Notes under the pieces: generated by a model
Seen by the model: only the letters and a program-made list of their open reading frames with translations
The model's database searches: none
What the model was told of the DNA's origin: nothing
Part shown: positions 38,347-48,418 of the stretch, piece by piece
How the letters are laid out: each line of letters starts with the position of its first letter
Numbering within the stretch: position 1 is the stretch's first letter
Position numbers and translations under genes: made by a program
Origin: an uncultured Planctomycetaceae bacterium
GTDB taxonomy: Bacteria; Planctomycetota; PLA2
DNA: 64,000 nucleotides
Assembly: GCA_964570285.1 (NCBI GenBank)
Contig: CAZMXP010000004.1
Location: forward strand, 75,365-139,364
Direction of reading: 5' to 3'

Positions 38347-39847
38347 GGATCGCCGAGGCGACCGCCGCGCCCTTCTCCCCCTCGACAAAGAGGCGGATCG
38401 GATGGGGGCCCGGGGGAAGATCCTTCGACAGCGGCAACGGGATCGAGAACCTCCCGCCCTTGACCTGCCCCGTCCATGTCGCGAGAACCCAGTCGTTCGC
38501 GTTCCTGTAGCAGTCGCGGAAGGCCTCCTCGCTGTCGCCCGCGCGCTTCGCGCGCGGTGTCGTGCGAGCCTGGACCAACTCGACCAGCGCCGCGCCGTCC
38601 ACCGGCGAGGTGCCCGTGAGCGAGGCGAGCGCGCCGCGCGCCGCGGCAGGGGGCGCGTCGACGGTCGCCGTCGCGGGCAGCGGCAGCCGCATCAGCGGGT
38701 CGCCGAAGAGGTGGTAGAGGTAGAGGTGCTCCTTGCGCTCGCCGATCCGGAGCTTCTCGTCGAACTGGTAGCCGAGCGCGAGCATCTCGATGAACTGGCG
38801 CCCCGGATCCCCCTCCTTCGCGTTGACCAGGCGGCGCTTCGCCTGCAGCCACGCCTCGCCGAGCGTCGGCCGCCGATCGACGAAGAGCGCGTCGAGCAGT
38901 TCCTTGGCAAGCACGCCGTTCGCGTAGGGCATCGAGACGCGCGAGGACGCAATGACCGCGATCGGCCCGCTCGGCAGGCGCAGCGCCTCCTCGGCGAGGC
39001 AGTCGGGCCCGTCGTCGAAGCGGCCGGTGGAGCAGGCGACAAAGACCGCGATCGGCGCGCCGCGGCGGCACTCGATGCTGTCGATCGCCTCCTCGGGGAA
39101 GATCTCGTGGCTCCGGCCGCCGAAGCGCACGCGGTCGAGGTGCCGGCGGCTGCCGTGGCCCATGTAGGCGACGACGAGCGCGCCCTCGTTGAGCCGCTCG
39201 AGCATCGCCTCGCCGACGCGCGCGGGCGGCGGGCAGAAGGGGCTGTTCGGGTTCGCGTAGGTGACGTGCAGGTCGAAGTCCTGCGAGACGCTCTCGGTCA
39301 GGAACTTCGTCGCGACCTGCTCCAGCGCCCAGTCCTGCAGCGCGCCAAACCCCCCGACGCCCGCGAAGACGTTGACGCGCCGCCGCCAGAGGCCGAAGTC
39401 CCGGCCCTTCTCGTACGCGACGACCCGCCCGAGCATCGCGCCGACCTCCTCCGGGCTGTCGGCGGGGATGCGCCCGACGGCGAGGTCGGGCAACTCGTCG
39501 CCGTCGAGATCGGAGAGCGGGTGGTCGGTCGCGATCTGGAAGTCCTGCTCCCAGATGCGGATGAAGACGCCCTCGCGGTAGGCGCAGCGCACCTGCTTCA
39601 TGTCGCCGAGCAGCAGCACGCTGCGGAGCGTGCCGCCCGCCGCGACGTCATGGACGAGCTTCGGCAGGTCCTCCGCGGGCTCGCGGAACTCGAGCACGTG
39701 CCCCTGCGCCTCGCGGTACCCCTTCCACTCCTTCGCCGCGGGCCAGTAGGCCTTCGGCGCGATCACGAGCGTGTCCTGGGCCCCCGCGACCCCCCCCAAG
39801 GAAACGAGCAGCAGCAGCGCTCCCGAAAGCCGGCGGTTAGTAGCCAC
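38333..39847 (-). CDS. Secreted C25-family (gingipain-like) cysteine peptidase
   Basis: Signal peptide; VLLLGD, DLAVGRIP, catalytic-type YMGHGS and FVACSTG, YHLFGDP. Confidence 0.85.
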   Translation of the reverse strand: MATNRRLSGALLLLVSLGGVAGAQDTLVIAPKAYWPAAKEWKGYREAQGHVLEFREPAEDLPKLVHDVAAGGTLRSVLLLGDMKQVRCAYREGVFIRIWEQDFQIATDHPLSDLDGDELPDLAVGRIPADSPEEVGAMLGRVVAYEKGRDFGLWRRRVNVFAGVGGFGALQDWALEQVATKFLTESVSQDFDLHVTYANPNSPFCPPPARVGEAMLERLNEGALVVAYMGHGSRRHLDRVRFGGRSHEIFPEEAIDSIECRRGAPIAVFVACSTGRFDDGPDCLAEEALRLPSGPIAVIASSRVSMPYANGVLAKELLDALFVDRRPTLGEAWLQAKRRLVNAKEGDPGRQFIEMLALGYQFDEKLRIGERKEHLYLYHLFGDPLMRLPLPATATVDAPPAAARGALASLTGTSPVDGAALVELVQARTTPRAKRAGDSEEAFRDCYRNANDWVLATWTGQVKGGRFSIPLPLSKDLPPGPHPIRLFVEGEKGAAVASAILTVE

Positions 39848-39893
39848 GACGGAAGTGTAACCGGCGTCGTCAGCCGCTACCCTTGGCGCCGCC

Positions 39894-41006
39894 TTGCCGA
39901 GCGACCACTCCGATTGCGTCATCGTCGGCGCGAGCTTCGCCGGGCTCGCCTGCGCGAGCGCGGCGGCGCGCGCGGGCCTGCGGGTCACCGTGCTCGAGCA
40001 GAAGGCCGATCCGGGCGAGAAGCTGCACACGACCGGCATCCTCGTCAAGGACGCGATCGACCAGGTGGCGCTGCTCGATGCCCTGCCGCCGGCCCTCGTG
40101 CGGCGCATCGACGGCGTGCGCCTCTACGCGCCGAGCCTGCGGTCGGTGGACCTGCGCGCGCCGGGCTACTACTTCCTCGCGACGGAGACGCCTGGGCTCA
40201 TGCGATGGCTCGCCGCGCAGGCGGCGGCGGCGGGGGCGCGCGTGCGCTGCGGCAGCCTCTTCGCGCGCGCGGAGCGCATGCAGAGCGGTTTCGACCTCGG
40301 CGAGTTCGGCACGACGCGCTACCTCGTGGGCGCGGACGGGCCCAACTCGCGCGTCGCCAGGGTGCTCGGGCTCGGGCAGAACCGCAAGTTCCTCTTCGGC
40401 ATCGAGCACGAGTACGCCGGTGTCGCGATCGCCGAGTCCGACTACTTGCATTGCTTCGTGGATCGGCGGCTCGCGCCCGGTTACATCGCGTGGGTGGTCG
40501 CCGGCGTCGGCGTGCTGCAGGTGGGCCTCGCGCGCCGGGCGGCGCGCCGCGCTCCCCCGCCCGACGCCGCGATGGCCGCGCTGCTCGGCAAGATCGCGCC
40601 GCTCTTCGATCTGCGGGACCGCCCGCCCACGGCGGTGCGCGCCGGCCTGATCCCGTGCGGCGGTGTCGTGCGCCCGGTCGCGGCGTCGCGCGCGCTGCTC
40701 GTCGGGGACGCCGCCGGCATGGTCTCGCCGGTGACCGCGGGCGGCATCCACACGGCGCTGAAGCACGGCCTCGCCGCCGGCCACGCGATCGTCGAGTACC
40801 TGACCGGCAAGCGCGACGACCCGGCCGGATGGTTCCCTCGCAGCTACCCGCGCTTTCGCACCAAACGGCTGCTGCGCTTCCTGTACGACCACTTCCAGAG
40901 CGATCTGCTCTTCGATCTGCTGCTACGGACGCGGGCGATGCGCTCGGCGGCGAGCGTCGTCTACTTCCACCACAAGGGGGTCTTCGATCCGCCGCGCCGC
41001 GAGTAG
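39894..41006 (+). CDS. FAD-dependent oxidoreductase (geranylgeranyl reductase-like)
   Basis: [33 protein letters not shown]. Confidence 0.88.
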   Translation: MPSDHSDCVIVGASFAGLACASAAARAGLRVTVLEQKADPGEKLHTTGILVKDAIDQVALLDALPPALVRRIDGVRLYAPSLRSVDLRAPGYYFLATETPGLMRWLAAQAAAAGARVRCGSLFARAERMQSGFDLGEFGTTRYLVGADGPNSRVARVLGLGQNRKFLFGIEHEYAGVAIAESDYLHCFVDRRLAPGYIAWVVAGVGVLQVGLARRAARRAPPPDAAMAALLGKIAPLFDLRDRPPTAVRAGLIPCGGVVRPVAASRALLVGDAAGMVSPVTAGGIHTALKHGLAAGHAIVEYLTGKRDDPAGWFPRSYPRFRTKRLLRFLYDHFQSDLLFDLLLRTRAMRSAASVVYFHHKGVFDPPRRE

Positions 41007-41015
41007 AATGGGGCG

Positions 41016-41792
41016 ATGCGCGTCGCGCTGACGATCGCCGGATCGGATCCTTCGGGGGGCGCGGGGGCGCAGGCGGACCTCAAGACCTTCCAGGCCCACG
41101 GTGTCTTCGGCATGGCGGTGCTGACCGCGCTGACCGCGCAGAACACCTGCGGCGTCAGCGGCGTCCTCGACATCCCTCCCGAGTTCGTCGCGGCGCAGCT
41201 CGACGCGGTGCTCGGCGACACGGAGGTGCATGCGGCCAAGACCGGGATGGTCTCGCGCGCCCCGACGATCGTCGCGATCGCCGAGGCGCTGGCGCGACAC
41301 CCGGTGCGCCATCTGGTCGTCGATCCGGTCATGGTCGCGACCTCGGGCGATGCGCTGCTGTCGGACGACGCGGTGGACACCCTCGTCGAGCGCCTCTTCC
41401 CGCTCGCCCTGCTCGTGACGCCGAACATCCCCGAAGCGGAGCGTCTGACCGGCATGCGCATCACGACGAGCGGCGACATGCGCGACGCGTCGGCGATCCT
41501 GCAGCGGCGCGGCGCGCGCGCGGTGCTCGTCAAGGGGGGCCATCTCGACGGCGCCGAGGTCGTGGACCTGCTCCACGCCGAGGGCGTCTTCCGCGAGTTC
41601 CGCCAGAGGAGGCTCCCCGGGCCCCCGGTCCACGGCACCGGCTGCGCGCTCTCGGCGGCGATCGCGGCGCACCTCGCGCGCGGCGCGGCGCTGACCGAGT
41701 CGGTCGCGCGCGCGCACGCGTTCGTGCACAAGGCGATCGAGCGCGCCGTCGCCACCGGCAAGGGCGCACGGCCGGTGAACCTCTTCGCATGA
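41016..41792 (+). CDS. thiD: Hydroxymethylpyrimidine/phosphomethylpyrimidine kinase
   Basis: [54 protein letters not shown]. Confidence 0.96.
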   Translation: MRVALTIAGSDPSGGAGAQADLKTFQAHGVFGMAVLTALTAQNTCGVSGVLDIPPEFVAAQLDAVLGDTEVHAAKTGMVSRAPTIVAIAEALARHPVRHLVVDPVMVATSGDALLSDDAVDTLVERLFPLALLVTPNIPEAERLTGMRITTSGDMRDASAILQRRGARAVLVKGGHLDGAEVVDLLHAEGVFREFRQRRLPGPPVHGTGCALSAAIAAHLARGAALTESVARAHAFVHKAIERAVATGKGARPVNLFA

Positions 41793-42604
41793 GGATCGCG
41801 TTCGTCGGCTGCGGCGCCGCGGGCCGCCCGCTCGGCATCGCGTGGCGCAAGGCGGGCCACAGCATCGGTGCCGTTCTCGCACGCCGCACCGCGGCGGAGG
41901 CGGTGGGGGCCCTGGGGGAGGGGGTCGCCGGCGGCTCGCTCGACGACGCCGACGTCGTCGTCTTCGCGACGCCGGACGACGCGCTCGCTTCGGTCGCGGC
42001 CCGGTTCCCCCTCGCCCCCTCCCAGATCGCCCTCCACCTGTCGGGCGCGCACCCTTCGACCGTGCTCAGCCCGACCGGCGCGCGCACCGCGAGCCTCCAC
42101 CCGCTGCGTGCCTTTGCCGATCTCGCGACCTCGCTCGCCGCGCTGCCGCAGACGCACTTCTTCGTCGAGGGCGAGGCCGTCGAGGTCGCGGAGCGCCTCG
42201 CGAAGGACGTCGGCGGCACCGTCGCCCGCATCGCCACCGACCGGAAGATCCTCTATCACGCCGGCGCGACGACGGCGGGCAACTACACGGTGACCCTGCT
42301 GTCGGTCGCGCTCGAGCTGCTGCGTCGCGCCGGCGTGTCGGAGGAGGAGGGCCTGCCCGCGCTTCTGGCGTTGGCGAGGGGTGCGCTGGACAACGTCGGG
42401 CGCGTCGGCGTCGCGAAGGGGCTCACCGGTCCCTGCGCGCGCGGCGACGTCGAACTGGTCCGCCGCCACATGGAGGCGCTCCCGCCGCCGATCCGGGCGC
42501 TCTATGCGGAGCTGTTGCGCGCGACGATCCCCATCGCGCGCGCGAAGGGGACGCTCGGCGCCGAGGCCGCGCGCGAACTCTCCCGGCTCTCCGAGACGAC
42601 CTAG
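41789..42604 (+). CDS. Rossmann-like / DUF2520 domain oxidoreductase
   Basis: [44 protein letters not shown]. Confidence 0.88.
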   Translation: MRIAFVGCGAAGRPLGIAWRKAGHSIGAVLARRTAAEAVGALGEGVAGGSLDDADVVVFATPDDALASVAARFPLAPSQIALHLSGAHPSTVLSPTGARTASLHPLRAFADLATSLAALPQTHFFVEGEAVEVAERLAKDVGGTVARIATDRKILYHAGATTAGNYTVTLLSVALELLRRAGVSEEEGLPALLALARGALDNVGRVGVAKGLTGPCARGDVELVRRHMEALPPPIRALYAELLRATIPIARAKGTLGAEAARELSRLSETT

Positions 42605-42678
42605 CCGTCCGCGTGCCGAAACCGGACCAACCCGAACAGTTATCGGAGTGTGTCTTCGGGGGGGGAGATCGGGCGGCC

Positions 42679-44304
42679 CTACGCGTAGATCGCGTCCACC
42701 AACCCCGCGTACCGCTCCGCGATCAGGTTGCGGCGCATCTTCAGCGTCGCGGTCAGCAGGCCGTTCTCGGTGCTGAAGGGCTCCTCGATCAGCGCGAACT
42801 TGTGCACGGCTTCGAAGGCGCGGAAGCCGCCCTTGGGGCCGGTGCTCTCGGCGAGGGCGCGGCGGATGTTCTCCTCGCTGGCGCCGCGCTCGCGGTCGGG
42901 GACGACCAGCGCCGCGAGGTGCTTTCGGTCCTGGCCGACGAGCATGACCTGCTTGACATAGGGGGAGAGCAGGATCCGGTTCTCGATCGGCTCGGGTTCG
43001 ATGTTCTCGCCGCCAGAGAGCACGATCGTCTCCTTCAGGCGGCCGGTGAAGACGAGATCCCGGCCGTTGACGATGCGGCCGAGGTCGCCCGTGTCGAACC
43101 AGCGCTCGTCGTCGAGCACCGCGCGCGTGAGCTCCTCCTCGTTGTAGTAGCCGCGCATCACCTGCGGGCCCTTCACCTGGAACGTCCCCTTCGGACCGAC
43201 GCGGATCGCCGTCTCGGGCACGGCGCGGCCGATCGTGCCGAGCACGTTGTCATGGCGGTCGCGCAGCGCGACGACCGGCGCCGTCTCCGTGAGGCCGTAG
43301 CCGATCAGCAGCGTGATGCCGACATCCGCGAAGAACTGGTCGAGGTGCGGCGCGAGGTAGCCGCCGCCGCTGACGACCAGCTTGAGACCCCCCCCGAGCC
43401 CCCCCCGGATCTTCCTGTAGAAGAGGCGCTCGCCGAGCGCGTGCAGCGGCGCCGCGAGGAAGTTGCCCCGCCGCCTCGCGCGCGTCGCCGCGCGGCAGAG
43501 CGCGAAGAGCCGCTCGAGCACCCGGCTCTTCTTCGAGAGCGTCTGCAGCACGCCGTCATGCACCGACTCCCAGAGGCGCGGCACCGCGGCGAAGAACTGC
43601 GGCCGGTGCTCCCTGAGATCGTCGCGGAAGCGGCGCCGGTCGCTGTAGACCGTCACGCACCCCACCGCGTGCCCGCAGAGCTCGACGGTCTGCTCGAAGG
43701 TGTGCCAGGACGGCAGGATCGACACCCACGTGTCGCCCGCGGCCATGCCGACGAGGTCGGGCAGGTGGCGGATGTTGTGCGCGATGTTCCGGTGCTCGAG
43801 CATCACCCCCTTCGGGCGGCCGGTCGTGCCGCTCGTGTAGAGGATCACCGCGAGGTCCTCCGGCGCGCGCGCGCGCGCGTACTGCGCCAGCGTGCCGGAG
43901 GGGAGGTCGGCGGGTCCGGGAAACTCCTCCGCGTCCATGCGGAGAACGGGTAGGGGTCCGGGGACCCGGTCGGCCATTCTGGCGCTGCCCGCGAGCACGA
44001 TCCTGCTGCCGCTGTGTTCGAGCAGGTAGGCGAGTTCGGAGGGCGCGATCTCCTCGCCCCGCGGCACGACGACGGCGCCGCAGGCGAGCACCGCGAGATA
44101 GCTGTGCAGCCAGCGCGCGCTGTTCTCCGCGAGGAGCGCGACGCGGTCGCCGGGGCGGACGCCCTGCTCCTTCAGGCGCGTCGCGATGCCGTGGATCGCG
44201 CGTGCGGCGTCGCCGTAGGACCAGCGGCGCTGCCGGTCGATCTGCATCGTCCGGTCGGCGTACCGGTCGAACGCGCGGAAGAGATGGGTGTTGATCGTCT
44301 CCAC
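42679..44304 (-). CDS. Long-chain fatty acid-CoA ligase (AMP-binding)
   Basis: [49 protein letters not shown]. Confidence 0.93.
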   Translation of the reverse strand: METINTHLFRAFDRYADRTMQIDRQRRWSYGDAARAIHGIATRLKEQGVRPGDRVALLAENSARWLHSYLAVLACGAVVVPRGEEIAPSELAYLLEHSGSRIVLAGSARMADRVPGPLPVLRMDAEEFPGPADLPSGTLAQYARARAPEDLAVILYTSGTTGRPKGVMLEHRNIAHNIRHLPDLVGMAAGDTWVSILPSWHTFEQTVELCGHAVGCVTVYSDRRRFRDDLREHRPQFFAAVPRLWESVHDGVLQTLSKKSRVLERLFALCRAATRARRRGNFLAAPLHALGERLFYRKIRGGLGGGLKLVVSGGGYLAPHLDQFFADVGITLLIGYGLTETAPVVALRDRHDNVLGTIGRAVPETAIRVGPKGTFQVKGPQVMRGYYNEEELTRAVLDDERWFDTGDLGRIVNGRDLVFTGRLKETIVLSGGENIEPEPIENRILLSPYVKQVMLVGQDRKHLAALVVPDRERGASEENIRRALAESTGPKGGFRAFEAVHKFALIEEPFSTENGLLTATLKMRRNLIAERYAGLVDAIYA

Positions 44305-44383
44305 GTGGCGATTGGCCCGCGGGTTGCTTCGGCTAGGAGTTGAGGGCATTGGTATACTGCCCGTTTCCAGCCGGAGAGTCCAG

Positions 44384-44710
44384 ATGAGCCTGACGGTACT
44401 GAACGACGACAACTTCTCGCAGGAGGTCATCTCCTCCGGCGTGCCCGTGATGGTGGACTTCTATGCGACCTGGTGCGGCCCCTGCAAGGCGCTGACGCCC
44501 ATCGTCGAGAAGCTCGCGAAGGAGTACCAGGGCAAGCTGAAGGTCGGCAAGCTCAACATCGACGACGCGCCGCAGACGCCGAGCCAGTTCGCCGTGCGCG
44601 GCGTGCCGACGCTGATCTTCTTCAAGGACGGCGAGGCCGTCGACTCCCTCGTCGGCCTCCGGAAGGAGAGCGAGCTGCGCTCGCGCATCGAGCAGCTCAT
44701 CGCCGGATGA
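44384..44710 (+). CDS. trxA: Thioredoxin
   Basis: VDFYATWCGPCK, VRGVPTL; extended -10 TGGTATACT at 44350-44358. Confidence 0.97.
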   Translation: MSLTVLNDDNFSQEVISSGVPVMVDFYATWCGPCKALTPIVEKLAKEYQGKLKVGKLNIDDAPQTPSQFAVRGVPTLIFFKDGEAVDSLVGLRKESELRSRIEQLIAG

Positions 44711-46068
44711 GCGCGCGCGGGATCGCGCTGCTGCTGCTGCCGCTGGCGGCGGCGGCGCACGGCGGCGAGGACGCGCTCGACCTGCTGCGGCGCCGGATGC
44801 AGGAGGCGAAGGACAAGGTCTTCCCGGCGCTCGTGCACATCGTCAACGTCGAGGAGAACCTCGTCGGCGGGCGCAAGGAGCGCAGCGTCAGCACCGGCAG
44901 CGGCTTCTTCATCGACGCGCTCGGGCACATCGTCACGAACTTCCACGTCGCGGGCACGACGGCCCGGCTCACCGTCACGCTCGCCAACCGGCAGCAGGTG
45001 AAGGCGGACCTCGTCGCCGGCGACCCCTACACCGACGTGGCGCTGCTGCGCGTCGACCCGAGGCAGGCCTTCCCCGACGGCAAGCCGAGCTTCGCGACGC
45101 TCGGCAGCTCCGCGGCGATCCGCGAGGGGGAGTTCGTCATGGCGATGGGGTCGCCGCTCTCGCTCTCGCGGTCGGTCTCGTTCGGGATCGTCTCCTGCCG
45201 CAACCGCATCCTCGACACGATGCGGCTCGCCGGCCACGAGACCGGGGAGTTCAACACGTGGATCCAGACGGACGCGGCGATCAACCCCGGCAACAGCGGC
45301 GGCCCGCTCGTCAACCTCGACGGCGAGGTCATCGGCCTCAACACCCGCGCGAACCTCTCGGCGAACAACATCGGCTTCGCGATCCCGAGCGACGTCGTGC
45401 GCGACGTCGTCCGGGCCCTGCTCGCGCACGGCCGGGTGCCGCGCGCGTGGCTCGGCCTGCGCCTCCAGCCGATCGACGCCGTCGAGAACACGTCGCTCGG
45501 CGGCCTCGGCGAGGGCGTCCTCGTCGCCGCGGTCGCCAACGGCTCGCCGGCGGCGCTCGCGGGCATCCGCCCGGGCGACTTCATCACGCAGCTCGACGGC
45601 GCGCCCTTCTCCGCCCGCTTCGACGAGGACGTGCCCGACCTCTATCGCCGCATCTCCGCGCTCGATCCCGCCCGCGCGGCGCGCCTGACGGTGTCGCGCG
45701 GCGGCGAGAGGCGCTCCGTCGAGGTCACCCCCGAGCCTCTCGGCGAGCAGGTCGGCCGCGAGGTGAGCATCCCCGAGTGGGGCATCACCGTGAGCGCGAT
45801 CACCGACGGCATGCAGCGCGAACTGGGCCTCGAAGACGCGGCGGGGGTCATCGTCACCGGCATCTCGGCCGGCAGCCCCGCCGTGAACAGGCTGAGCCCG
45901 GGCGACGTCGTGCGCACCGTCGGCCGCGCGACCATCGCGGATCTCCCCGCCTTCCTCGCGGCGGTGAAGCGTTCCGCCGCGGCGCGCGAGCCCCTCGTGC
46001 GCCTCGTCTACCGCCAGGGGGCGACCCTCGACGTGACCGTGCTGCGCCCCACCTACCCCGAGGACTGA
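44707..46068 (+). CDS. HtrA/DegP-like serine protease with two PDZ domains
   Basis: Signal peptide; GSGFF, TNFHV, DVALL, QTDAAINPGNSGGPL. Confidence 0.93.
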   Translation: MSARGIALLLLPLAAAAHGGEDALDLLRRRMQEAKDKVFPALVHIVNVEENLVGGRKERSVSTGSGFFIDALGHIVTNFHVAGTTARLTVTLANRQQVKADLVAGDPYTDVALLRVDPRQAFPDGKPSFATLGSSAAIREGEFVMAMGSPLSLSRSVSFGIVSCRNRILDTMRLAGHETGEFNTWIQTDAAINPGNSGGPLVNLDGEVIGLNTRANLSANNIGFAIPSDVVRDVVRALLAHGRVPRAWLGLRLQPIDAVENTSLGGLGEGVLVAAVANGSPAALAGIRPGDFITQLDGAPFSARFDEDVPDLYRRISALDPARAARLTVSRGGERRSVEVTPEPLGEQVGREVSIPEWGITVSAITDGMQRELGLEDAAGVIVTGISAGSPAVNRLSPGDVVRTVGRATIADLPAFLAAVKRSAAAREPLVRLVYRQGATLDVTVLRPTYPED

Positions 46069-46071
46069 GTC

Positions 46072-47448
46072 GTGCGCCGGTTCACCCTTCTGCTCCTCCC
46101 GTGCCTCCCGGTCCTCGCCGGGGAGCCCATCGACCGCCTCTATGTCGCGCGGCTCACGACCGAGCGCCCGGGCGTCGCAGGCCCCGACCGCCAGACGCTT
46201 GCGGCCCCCGCGGTGCCGGTCGGGCCCGACGGCCTGCTCCTCGTCGTCGGCTTCTCGATCGACCCGCCCGACGGCCCGAGCGAGGCCGTGCGCGTGCACG
46301 CGATCGCGCCCGACGGCAGCGAATGGCCCGCGCGACTGCTCGGCGGCGACAAGGACCTCAACTGCACCTTCTTCCGGCTGGAGACGGCACCGGGCCAGGG
46401 ACCCCTCCCCGAGCCCCTCCCCATCCGCCCCACGCCGCTCGCCGCCGGCGACGAGGTGCTCGTCCTCGCCCGCCAGGGCGAACTGCTCCGCTACGCGGGC
46501 CGCACCGTCGAGACGCGCATCGACGCGGTCGGCCCCGCCCCCGACGGCTTTGGCCTCATCCCGGAGGCGCGCGGGGAGTGGCGCGGCAGCGTCGTGGTCG
46601 ATCGCATGGGGCGCCTTGCGGGCTTTCTCGACCTGCGGCCGACGATGCGCGAGGGCACCGGCGTGATGCTCGGCGTCGGCTCGCAGACCGTCGTCGTCGT
46701 GCCCGTGTCGGCCTATGCGGCGCGCATCGCGCACCCGCCGGAGCCGCGGCCGAAGGAGCGCGCCGCCGTGCCGCGGCGCGAGCGGCCGTGGATCGGCGTC
46801 ACGCTGTCGCCGTGCGATGCCGACCACGAGGCCTACTTCGGCATCGGCAAGGACGAGAAGGGCGCCTTCGTCACGAGCGTGACCCCCGGGTCGCCTGCGG
46901 CCCGGGCGGGGCTTCAAGTCTTCGATCTCGTGCACCAGATCGGCGACCTCCGCCTCGACTTCGAGAGCCGGCCGGAATTCGCGCGGCTGCTGCGCGACGT
47001 GCAGGAGCTCGCGCTCGGCAAGGAGCTCGCCTGCCGCGTGACGCGCTTCGTCGCGCGCGAGGACGGCAGCTACGAGGCGCGCGAGGTCGCGCTGGCGCTG
47101 ACGCTCGCGGCGCGGCCCGCCGGCTTCGAGGAGATGCCCGACACCGAGGTGCCGCTCGTGGGCATCCGGGTGAGGCCCGCGACGCAGGACTGGCTGCGCA
47201 ACGCGCGGCTGCCGGAGCAGCTTGCGGGTCTTGTGGCCATGCGCGTGGAGGCCGCCTCCTCGGCCCGCCTCGGGGGGCTCATTCCCGGGGACCTGATCCT
47301 CGAGGTGGACCAGACTCCGGTGGCCGACGGCGGCGCGCTCGTCGCGGCGCTCGACGCCGCGAAGCAGGCGGGCCGGGAGAAGGCGGTCTTCTTCGTGCGG
47401 CGCGGCGCCGAGACGCTCTTCCTCGCGATCACGCTGGACGGCTCGTGA
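46072..47448 (+). CDS. Degenerate trypsin-like plus two-PDZ protein (probably inactive HtrA paralogue)
   Basis: Signal peptide; PDZ motifs PWIGVTL and GSPAARAGL; GNSGG region reads GEWRGS. Confidence 0.75.
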   Translation: MRRFTLLLLPCLPVLAGEPIDRLYVARLTTERPGVAGPDRQTLAAPAVPVGPDGLLLVVGFSIDPPDGPSEAVRVHAIAPDGSEWPARLLGGDKDLNCTFFRLETAPGQGPLPEPLPIRPTPLAAGDEVLVLARQGELLRYAGRTVETRIDAVGPAPDGFGLIPEARGEWRGSVVVDRMGRLAGFLDLRPTMREGTGVMLGVGSQTVVVVPVSAYAARIAHPPEPRPKERAAVPRRERPWIGVTLSPCDADHEAYFGIGKDEKGAFVTSVTPGSPAARAGLQVFDLVHQIGDLRLDFESRPEFARLLRDVQELALGKELACRVTRFVAREDGSYEAREVALALTLAARPAGFEEMPDTEVPLVGIRVRPATQDWLRNARLPEQLAGLVAMRVEAASSARLGGLIPGDLILEVDQTPVADGGALVAALDAAKQAGREKAVFFVRRGAETLFLAITLDGS

Positions 47449-47909
47449 GCGAGCAGGAGAAGGCCGCCCGCTACGCGGAGGTCCTCGAGCAGGCGCGGGC
47501 GCTGCTCGACGGCTGCCCGGGCCCCGTCGCCGGCATGGCGTCGCTGGCCGCGCTGCTGAAGGAGCGCTTCGAGGGCTTCTTCTGGGTGGGGTTCTACCTG
47601 CCGCGGGCGGACGGGGCGCTGGTGGTGGGCCCCTATCAGGGCCCGCTCGCGTGCATGCTGCTGCCGCCGGGGAAGGGCGTCTGCGGTGCCGCCGCGCGCG
47701 AGCGCCGCTCGATCGTCGTGCCCGACGTCCACGCCTTCCCGGGCCACATCGCCTGCAACAGCGCGAGCCGGAGCGAGATCGTCGTTCCGGTGCTTCGCGA
47801 CGGGGACCTGCTGGCCGTGCTCGACGTGGACTCGACCGAACCTGCCGACTTCAGCGAGGTCGACCGGCGGGGGCTGGAGGCGCTGGCGGCCCTACTGGCG
47901 CAAATCTAA
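47445..47909 (+). CDS. msrC: Stand-alone GAF protein, free methionine-R-sulfoxide reductase-like
   Basis: FFWVGFY, VGPYQGPLAC, GKGVCG, VPDVHAFPGHIAC, SEIVVP, LDVDS. Confidence 0.88.
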   Translation: MSEQEKAARYAEVLEQARALLDGCPGPVAGMASLAALLKERFEGFFWVGFYLPRADGALVVGPYQGPLACMLLPPGKGVCGAAARERRSIVVPDVHAFPGHIACNSASRSEIVVPVLRDGDLLAVLDVDSTEPADFSEVDRRGLEALAALLAQI

Positions 47910-47911
47910 GA

Positions 47912-47936
47912 GGGGCCGGGCATTGCGCCCGGCCCC
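47912..47936. terminator. 10-bp hairpin terminator
   Basis: GGGGCCGGGC-ATTGC-GCCCGGCCCC. Confidence 0.55.
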
Positions 47937-48418
47937 GTAGAGCTTTTCACGACGCCTGAAGCGGGTGGGTGGGATAGGGTACGGTACGGAAGAGGGAACT
48001 GGGCGCCGTGACGGTCGAGACATGGCCATAACTGAGGATCTGGAGGTAGGTTGCATCCGTTGTCTCGGCAATGCTGAAAGTCGTTCGGAGTGCCATGTCC
48101 CGCCTTGGCTCTTTTGTTTTCAAAGCTCTACCCCAGTATACGCAAGCGGCGTACCGTTCGGACGGTAATTCCCGAAATGCGAGACTGGGCTGGTTGGGGC
48201 GAGGTTCTGGGGGGTCGGGGGGCACGGAATCGTGCCAAGTGTCCCCGGAAGAGAGCGCTTCTGGCACTCCAGCCGGGTCACCCCCCCGTAGGCGGCGGCC
48301 GGAGGCAATCCCCGGCTTTCGAGGCTCCCGATCGCTATGCTGCCGCCCATCCAGGCGGGGTATCCAGGCATGAAGGCGGCGCAGAGGACGGCGGACGGTA
48401 GGGCGGGCGGGAGCGTGC

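Noticed and set aside
48221-48240. TTGGCACG on the minus strand as a sigma54 promoter
   Set aside because: The next GC is 11 nt from the GG rather than 10, and the TTACGGC element is absent. Kept only as a palindrome.
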